A stretch of 64,000 nt of DNA from the NCBI GenBank assembly GCA_051599415.1, contig AP039705.1:186001-250000 (forward strand). Direction: 5' to 3'. Below the pieces are notes generated by a model, which did no database searches, had not been told where the DNA came from, and was given only the letters and a program-made list of their open reading frames with translations. Shown here piece by piece: positions 58,711 through 64,000 of the stretch; positions within the stretch are counted from its first letter, which is position 1; every line of letters begins with the position of its first letter. Source of the DNA: Savitreella phatthalungensis. Its lineage: Eukaryota. The position numbers and the translations under genes are program-made.

Positions 58711-58810
58711 CGCTGCTTAAAGGACTCGAACCTTTGCACGTAAACGTAAATGATAATTCTAACCCTTTCGTAGTTCGAATCATTCCCCTTAACCACTCGG
58801 GCAAAGCAGC
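58711..58810 (-). tRNA. tRNA-Ser(CGA) with a 19-nt intron (58755-58773)
   Basis: Acceptor stem GCTGCTT/AAGCAGC with discriminator G. D-loop GAGTGGTTAA. Anticodon stem AATGA/TCATT with TT-CGA-A. Long variable arm ACGT-TT-ACGT. T-arm AAAGG-TTCGAGT-CCTTT. Downstream T6 terminator. Confidence 0.93.
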
Positions 58811-59287
58811 CTCGTGCTTGATTGGACATATAAGACGTATATAAAGGAAGGAGATTATACGTACTTTCTGGTCTGCAGCGGACTCTCCGTACGCGTCAGG
58901 CGAAATAGGTTAATGTACAGGATAAGGTTTTGTCCGTGCTGCTCACCATGAACCGTGATGGACATTACATTAAACTACACCTGACGACAGATGCTGCAAG
59001 CAAGATGAGCCCAGCAGGTAATTGACCCTCTCGAGTCCCAGCGACGACTGCTCATCTTTTAGAAATCGCGTTACCGCAAGATCACGAGCCCGCGCTCGAC
59101 GACGAGGTGCCAAATCAGGAAGCGATCAACGGAATCGCTCGAGCGCGTCAGTCGAAGTCGTCCGCATGGCAAGACCTCGGACTTGAGCGTCTGCTGTAGT
59201 AATAGCCTGATGAATTCATTGCAATCTCTCCTCTCGACGGATTTAGAGTTCTGTATTTTTCCGCGGATGTAATAACATAACAATGAC

Positions 59288-60742
59288 ATGGTCAATTACT
59301 CCGTACGGCAGGTGAGCGAGGTCTGCGTTTCCGGCTTGACTTTGCCATGGCAAGGTCCACTCGACGAGCCGCAGCAGGAGCTGTTAGAATATAGGCCGCC
59401 GTTGTTACGCCGACGCACACGTGCATCAACGATCACAGAGCCGAGCTCTTCACGGCACGGGCGACTTCGAAGCACACTCGGCAGACATCGGTGCAAAGCG
59501 ATTTTCGCGCTATTCGCGGATGGCGAGCGGATATATGTCTCCGAGGAGGTGAAAGGGGCATGGACGACAACGTTCTTGCCCTTTCGCTGTCAAGCCGCCG
59601 CGCGACAGGTCGAGATCCAAGTGTTCGTGCGTGCTGAAGAAGATTGGAGAAGGCTCTTGCGGAGGACGATCGATTTAACGACACTCGTACCGGTCGATCC
59701 TCTGGTTGGTCCACCTAACAGGGTTTTGTTGCACATTGGGGGTAGATGGTGCTGCGAGGGAACGCCTGAAACATCGTCGAAGTGTTCGAGCTACACATAC
59801 GCAGCCTTGATGAGGTTACTGACCGCTTCTGAATTCTGTCATGACACAGCATCCGGAACAGAGCAACTACGGCACGAAACGGCGGGCATTTTAAGGAGTT
59901 TGAAGGACGATTTCGTCCGTGCTCAAGATCGCATTCGCCGGACCACGCATGCGCTCAATATTAAACGCGCTCAAGCTAATGCGGATCGGGCTCGGCTAGC
60001 CCGAATGGCTACGCGACTAACGCAACGACGCAATGGAATGCAAGAGTGTAAGAAGAGGCATAAATCGGATGCTGTCGCGTATACTGTGGTGGTCACCGAA
60101 GTGACAAAGCGTAAGGACTTAGCCCGACTGGTGGCAATGGAAATCCGCCGCGCGCAACGAGGCCTCGTTGGGAGTTTGTCGCTGATCTACCCGATTGATG
60201 GGGGAAGACGCTCGATCCGAAGTGTGCAGCTCTTAGTGCAAAACGAGCTGACAATGGGTGCAAGCGAACCTTGCGGGTATGGCTTCCTCAGCCATCTCGT
60301 GATGTTGCTCGCATACTATCTGCAGGTGCCGCTGCGTTATCCAATGCGTTTGATGGGTAGCACAAGCTCCATACTGGATCCGGTGTCAATCATGCCATCG
60401 ACATCCGATCCCCTCTACCTTGGGCCGCCATACTCTCCGAAATTCGATCGCCGTTATCCTCTCTTTCCTGTACGCGGTACGCCGGAACGGCACCTCTTTG
60501 CACTTTTCTTACTCAATAAGAACGTTGAGCAGTTGCTGCAGGCTCGTGGACTAGTCTGCGGTGACTTGCGCGATCCTCTCGGAAACCTCAACGCTTTGAT
60601 CTTTTGGATCATGTCCATCACAGAAGAGGAGCGTGATTTCGTCCCACAAGAGGTCGGCGAAGGCCTGGAGATCGTCGATCACGCTGATATGCTCAGAGCT
60701 CGGACGCATTCCTTAGCGCGAGCAACCAAAGAGCGCGAATGA
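59288..60742 (+). CDS. UVRAG/Vps38 (Atg14-related) PI3K complex subunit
   Basis: 'RIYVSEEV', 'SYTYAALMRL', coiled coil, 'L..IYPI', 'G..SHLV..LAYYLQVPLRYP...GSTSSI.D', 'F..ALFLLNKNVEQL'. Confidence 0.85.
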   Translation: MVNYSVRQVSEVCVSGLTLPWQGPLDEPQQELLEYRPPLLRRRTRASTITEPSSSRHGRLRSTLGRHRCKAIFALFADGERIYVSEEVKGAWTTTFLPFRCQAAARQVEIQVFVRAEEDWRRLLRRTIDLTTLVPVDPLVGPPNRVLLHIGGRWCCEGTPETSSKCSSYTYAALMRLLTASEFCHDTASGTEQLRHETAGILRSLKDDFVRAQDRIRRTTHALNIKRAQANADRARLARMATRLTQRRNGMQECKKRHKSDAVAYTVVVTEVTKRKDLARLVAMEIRRAQRGLVGSLSLIYPIDGGRRSIRSVQLLVQNELTMGASEPCGYGFLSHLVMLLAYYLQVPLRYPMRLMGSTSSILDPVSIMPSTSDPLYLGPPYSPKFDRRYPLFPVRGTPERHLFALFLLNKNVEQLLQARGLVCGDLRDPLGNLNALIFWIMSITEEERDFVPQEVGEGLEIVDHADMLRARTHSLARATKERE

Positions 60743-60916
60743 GATACCGGGGTCAAGCGCTCTCGACCTGTTCGCAAGCCCTGGCTGATCAAGATTTGAG
60801 CCTTGGAGTCGTAAGTGAACATCGTTCGGTAACCTTGCCTTTCAATTATGTGCGACGCGGGAAGCTCACCTAGGACTTGCCAGCCCGTGCTTAGCTCCGT
60901 CTAATGAAGCGTTCCT

Positions 60917-61495
60917 TCAGATGAAGGGTTTTGCAACCTTTCGCTCCTCGATAGCACCCCTCTCAGTGACCATTGTGCGCCAATCCTGCGGATACATCGG
61001 CGCACCCGCCTCATCCCAGGCAAACAGGACGCCCAAGTCGTTTGCCGCGGTCGATAAAAAATAATTTTGACCATCGCCAAGAGATATGACTTCCGCGCGC
61101 ACAATGTCGCCCGGCCGGAAAGACGATGTGATCCTGACTCTGTCCTTCTCTGTCGCACGTACATCTGCAGGGCGTATCACTCCAGCAAAATCATCAACGA
61201 GTGGCGTGTCGCCGACTGCGACAATCTGACAAACTGCTTGCAGCTTGTTCGTGCGAAGAACGCGTGCTAGCACGATCGAGCCGACCAATGGTAGTCCAGC
61301 TGCCGTCTCAATTTTGCCCTCAACACCGCCTTTGCTTCTTCGAACAACGCTTATCAGCGGGAGTCCCTCTTGTGGCTCGGTCCTGACGAGACCGACCAAC
61401 GTTGCGACAATCACTTCGCCTCGGATCTCCGTGCCGGGTCCCACCTGATTCTCTGCAGCAAGCCCTATTTCATCACCTATAGAAACCACGGACAT
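60917..61495 (-). CDS. CSL4: Exosome cap subunit Csl4
   Basis: 'GPGT', 'LPLVGSIVLARV', 'FAGVIR..DVRATEKD', 'SFRPGDIVRAEVISLGDGQNYFLSTA.NDLGV', 'RKVAKP'. Confidence 0.95.
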   Translation of the reverse strand: MSVVSIGDEIGLAAENQVGPGTEIRGEVIVATLVGLVRTEPQEGLPLISVVRRSKGGVEGKIETAAGLPLVGSIVLARVLRTNKLQAVCQIVAVGDTPLVDDFAGVIRPADVRATEKDRVRITSSFRPGDIVRAEVISLGDGQNYFLSTAANDLGVLFAWDEAGAPMYPQDWRTMVTERGAIEERKVAKPFI

Positions 61496-61686
61496 GGCTG
61501 TCGTTCCTTTTCTCGTCGCTTCTATTCTTATAGTCGTAAATATTCTTCGTGCTCCATCCTAAAAGTTACGTAGCCATAGCAGTGCACATTCGTCAGAAAC
61601 GTGGTGAAGATCGTAAAACACCGCGCGACAGCGTGTGACCCTACACAAAGCGCAAATGGCTATTCGTGAATCGTCGAGACGGTGAG

Positions 61687-62853
61687 ATGGCTGATGGGAC
61701 AAGTGATGTCTTAACCGCTGTGGCACGACCTTCCGCTGGCAACGCGAGCGACGTACGTAATGATGGACGACAGGACCCACAAGGATCCACTGCCGGCCAC
61801 GAAACTCTGTTTGTTCGCTCGCCGACACCGATGCCTCTCTCGGGCCCGCCCAAAGGATCCCTGCGAGAAAGGCTCCGCAGAGTGCTCGGAAAACCTCCGT
61901 CCGCGATCTATGGCAATGGTAATGGCAACAAGTCACAGGACGACGTGTCAATCTCGTCAACAGCTTCGTCTGCCTCGATCATGCTCAGAAAGATGAGTGC
62001 CCAGTTGTCGAAGCGCACTGCGAGACTCGGCGGACTCTTTTCCGGCTCGAATTCGATCACCTCGCAAGATAGACAATCGCACATTGCTGCAACGAGACAA
62101 GTCAGCCTGGTGGTAGCCGAAAGGTCAGAGCCGGTGACGCACTCAGGCTTTGCTCACTTGCGCGCGGATTCTTTGTCTGATCTGCGCCATCTTCGAGGAC
62201 AGTCCGACGCGAGCGTTGCAAGCTCGAAAAGCTCCTCGCAGCGGAAACCGCTAGAGACGAGCTCGTTGGCATCGGCGAATGTGGATGACCACGGCGGCAT
62301 TGCATTTCCACGTCTATCCGAGGAGCAGACGTCTGAAAGACGACCGAGCATGCACCTTGAAAGGCCATTGCCATCAGACCTACGCCGTGAGAGCAAGGAC
62401 GCCCGTTGGACCTCCCGTTTTCGCCGTGCCCAACCCGTAGAGCCCGTGCACTTGGCGGCTGGAAGGCGCTCTGAAGCTGTACTGGTAGATCGATCACCTT
62501 ACAGGGGCAAAGGAATTCTTCGTGCGGCGAAGACTGCTCCCGTCATCTGCGACTTCAAGGTCGATTTCAGCAGCGAAGTCGATCTCACACTTGTCTTTGA
62601 GGAAAACGCACCCGAGTCGTCCGACGCAGATCAAAAAGAGACGATCGGCAGTGGACGCCTGTCCTTCAATCCTCGTGTGACAATTCACGACACATACGAT
62701 TTAGGCGAGTATGACCGTCGAGGAGACGTTGCAACGTGCAATCGTCTGACGCCGCTGCTTGCGCAGCAAATCAAGGAGGAACTTAACAGCTACAAGATGG
62801 ATGAGATGGAGGTCGCTGAGGAAAGTCGCATCTACACTCAGTTCTTTTCATAG
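61687..62853 (+). CDS. Bni4-like PP1 (Glc7)-targeting protein
   Basis: C-terminus 'LSFNPRVTIHDTY...EYDRRGDVATCNRLTPLLAQQIKEELNSYKM.EMEV.EESRIYTQFF'. Confidence 0.85.
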   Translation: MADGTSDVLTAVARPSAGNASDVRNDGRQDPQGSTAGHETLFVRSPTPMPLSGPPKGSLRERLRRVLGKPPSAIYGNGNGNKSQDDVSISSTASSASIMLRKMSAQLSKRTARLGGLFSGSNSITSQDRQSHIAATRQVSLVVAERSEPVTHSGFAHLRADSLSDLRHLRGQSDASVASSKSSSQRKPLETSSLASANVDDHGGIAFPRLSEEQTSERRPSMHLERPLPSDLRRESKDARWTSRFRRAQPVEPVHLAAGRRSEAVLVDRSPYRGKGILRAAKTAPVICDFKVDFSSEVDLTLVFEENAPESSDADQKETIGSGRLSFNPRVTIHDTYDLGEYDRRGDVATCNRLTPLLAQQIKEELNSYKMDEMEVAEESRIYTQFFS

Positions 62854-63046
62854 GAACAACTTAATGATCTAGCTCAATGAATGATTTGGCATTTGGGGTC
62901 CTGCTGCTTGTAGACGGGTGTCATATGTACATATACTAGCAGTCTGTATTGTTTATTCCGTATACTGTATGTAAATTTATAAAGTTTGTGTATGCGGCCA
63001 GTCAATGTCGTGAGGTCATACTGTATCTGAATTGAGTTGGCATTTG

Positions 63047-63081
63047 ACGCGTTCTTTCAAATATATTGCATTTCGACGCGT
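63047..63081. promoter_or_regulatory. Two perfect MCB boxes upstream of the ams2-like gene
   Basis: ACGCGT at 63047-63052 and 63076-63081. Confidence 0.65.
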
Positions 63082-63107
63082 CCGGTATTAGACAGTACGA
63101 CACGAGC

Positions 63108-64000
63108 ATGGCTTCGGTGAATTGCCCGCTCAAGGTCTACTATACCATCGGTGAGCTTCGATTTGTCGCACGCGGCGGGCAAGTCAAGGTGACGCGTCTA
63201 CCATCTTCCAGAGAGCTCGCTTCTGTTGATCTGCGTCCCTGCGTATGTGCCGTCGTCAACGCATCCCCCGAACTCGTGAACAACAAAGCAAGCGACTTTT
63301 CTGTCTACACGGCTGACGCAACGGAAGTACACGACGGAGAGCTTTATGAAGGGCAGGGTCTTCTGTCATGGAATCTGGCTCAACCAACGCGTGGACCGCG
63401 TATCGTCTCGGGCCATTTGAAGCCAGGCCTCTCCGGGATGGTGTTCGAGGTGCGGATGAAGCTGACTCGAGTCGACAATGCGTCGCAGACAGATTTTGCG
63501 CTCAATATGGCATTGTTTGAACGCGTCGCCAGACAATTGCCAGCTTCGTTTGATTTCACAAAGTGGGCCGAAGTATGCCGGTCGACACACGCACTCCTGT
63601 TGACTCGAGGCACGACTGACAATACGGTGCCGACGGCAATAACGACCCTCCACAAAGTGCGTGAGCTTGTGGATAAGGGTGCTCAACAAGTCGATTCCCC
63701 GCCGCAGATGAAGACGTTTGCTCCGCCTCCAGCTGGAGATATCCCACGAGGGATGAAACGCAAATTAGCAGCGACGGATTCTGCTCGGTCGTTCGCGCCC
63801 ATTGCATCAGTCGCTGGCGCTCAGGCGGCAGCGATGAGGAAGGGGCTAAAGATGGTCGACGCGGGAGGTGCTCGTTACTGTGGAAACTGTCGAGCTCCCC
63901 AGGCTCGTGGGAAATGGCGGATGGTGTCGGTCGCAGGTATACAGACAGCGCTGTGCGCAGCTTGCAGTGGATATTTCAAACACAACGGTAAAATGCGGCC
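63108..64000 (+). CDS. Ams2/Spt21-family GATA-type transcription factor (runs off the window; absent from the ORF track)
   Basis: Manual translation is open to the end of the window: 'LKVYYT', 'DLRPCVCAVVNASPELV', 'DFSVYTAD..E..GQGLLSW', then zinc finger CGNC-x21-CAAC. Confidence 0.85.
   Translation, partial: MASVNCPLKVYYTIGELRFVARGGQVKVTRLPSSRELASVDLRPCVCAVVNASPELVNNKASDFSVYTADATEVHDGELYEGQGLLSWNLAQPTRGPRIVSGHLKPGLSGMVFEVRMKLTRVDNASQTDFALNMALFERVARQLPASFDFTKWAEVCRSTHALLLTRGTTDNTVPTAITTLHKVRELVDKGAQQVDSPPQMKTFAPPPAGDIPRGMKRKLAATDSARSFAPIASVAGAQAAAMRKGLKMVDAGGARYCGNCRAPQARGKWRMVSVAGIQTALCAACSGYFKHNGKMR

Noticed and set aside
1..64000. CRISPR arrays, transposons or prokaryotic operons
   Set aside because: Eukaryotic sequence with spliceosomal introns; no repeat-spacer arrays, transposase or reverse-transcriptase ORFs, LTRs or terminal inverted repeats with target-site duplications were seen.

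Overview
Gene-dense, intron-poor fungal (ascomycete) chromosomal DNA. Short ~40-65 nt introns, an Ams2-type GATA factor and a complex I assembly factor suggest a Taphrinomycotina relative of the Taphrina/Protomyces type; this is inference. About 33 protein-coding genes, mostly housekeeping (DCN1, mitochondrial EF-Tu, NDUFAF6, IBA57, SNF4, ECI1, POL12, PTC1, EFL1/RIA1, HST3/4, TCTP, ERI1-like, RPS29, HapX, VPS38/UVRAG, CSL4, BNI4-like, AMS2-like), plus one intron-containing tRNA-Ser(CGA). The most unusual element is at 55171-56027. A small spliced orphan membrane-protein gene sits tail-to-tail with a frameshifted inverted copy of itself, forming a ~350-bp-arm imperfect palindrome (~87% identity over the 276 nt aligned by hand, loop ~24 nt). 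This is a candidate long-hairpin-RNA/siRNA locus, and it lies head-to-head with a second orphan gene close to the tRNA. Other points: an LDB19/ART1 arrestin with no available AUG upstream of its conserved domain (candidate CUG start), a spliced presequence exon for IBA57, GATA iron-repression boxes upstream of HapX, and MCB boxes upstream of POL12 and AMS2.
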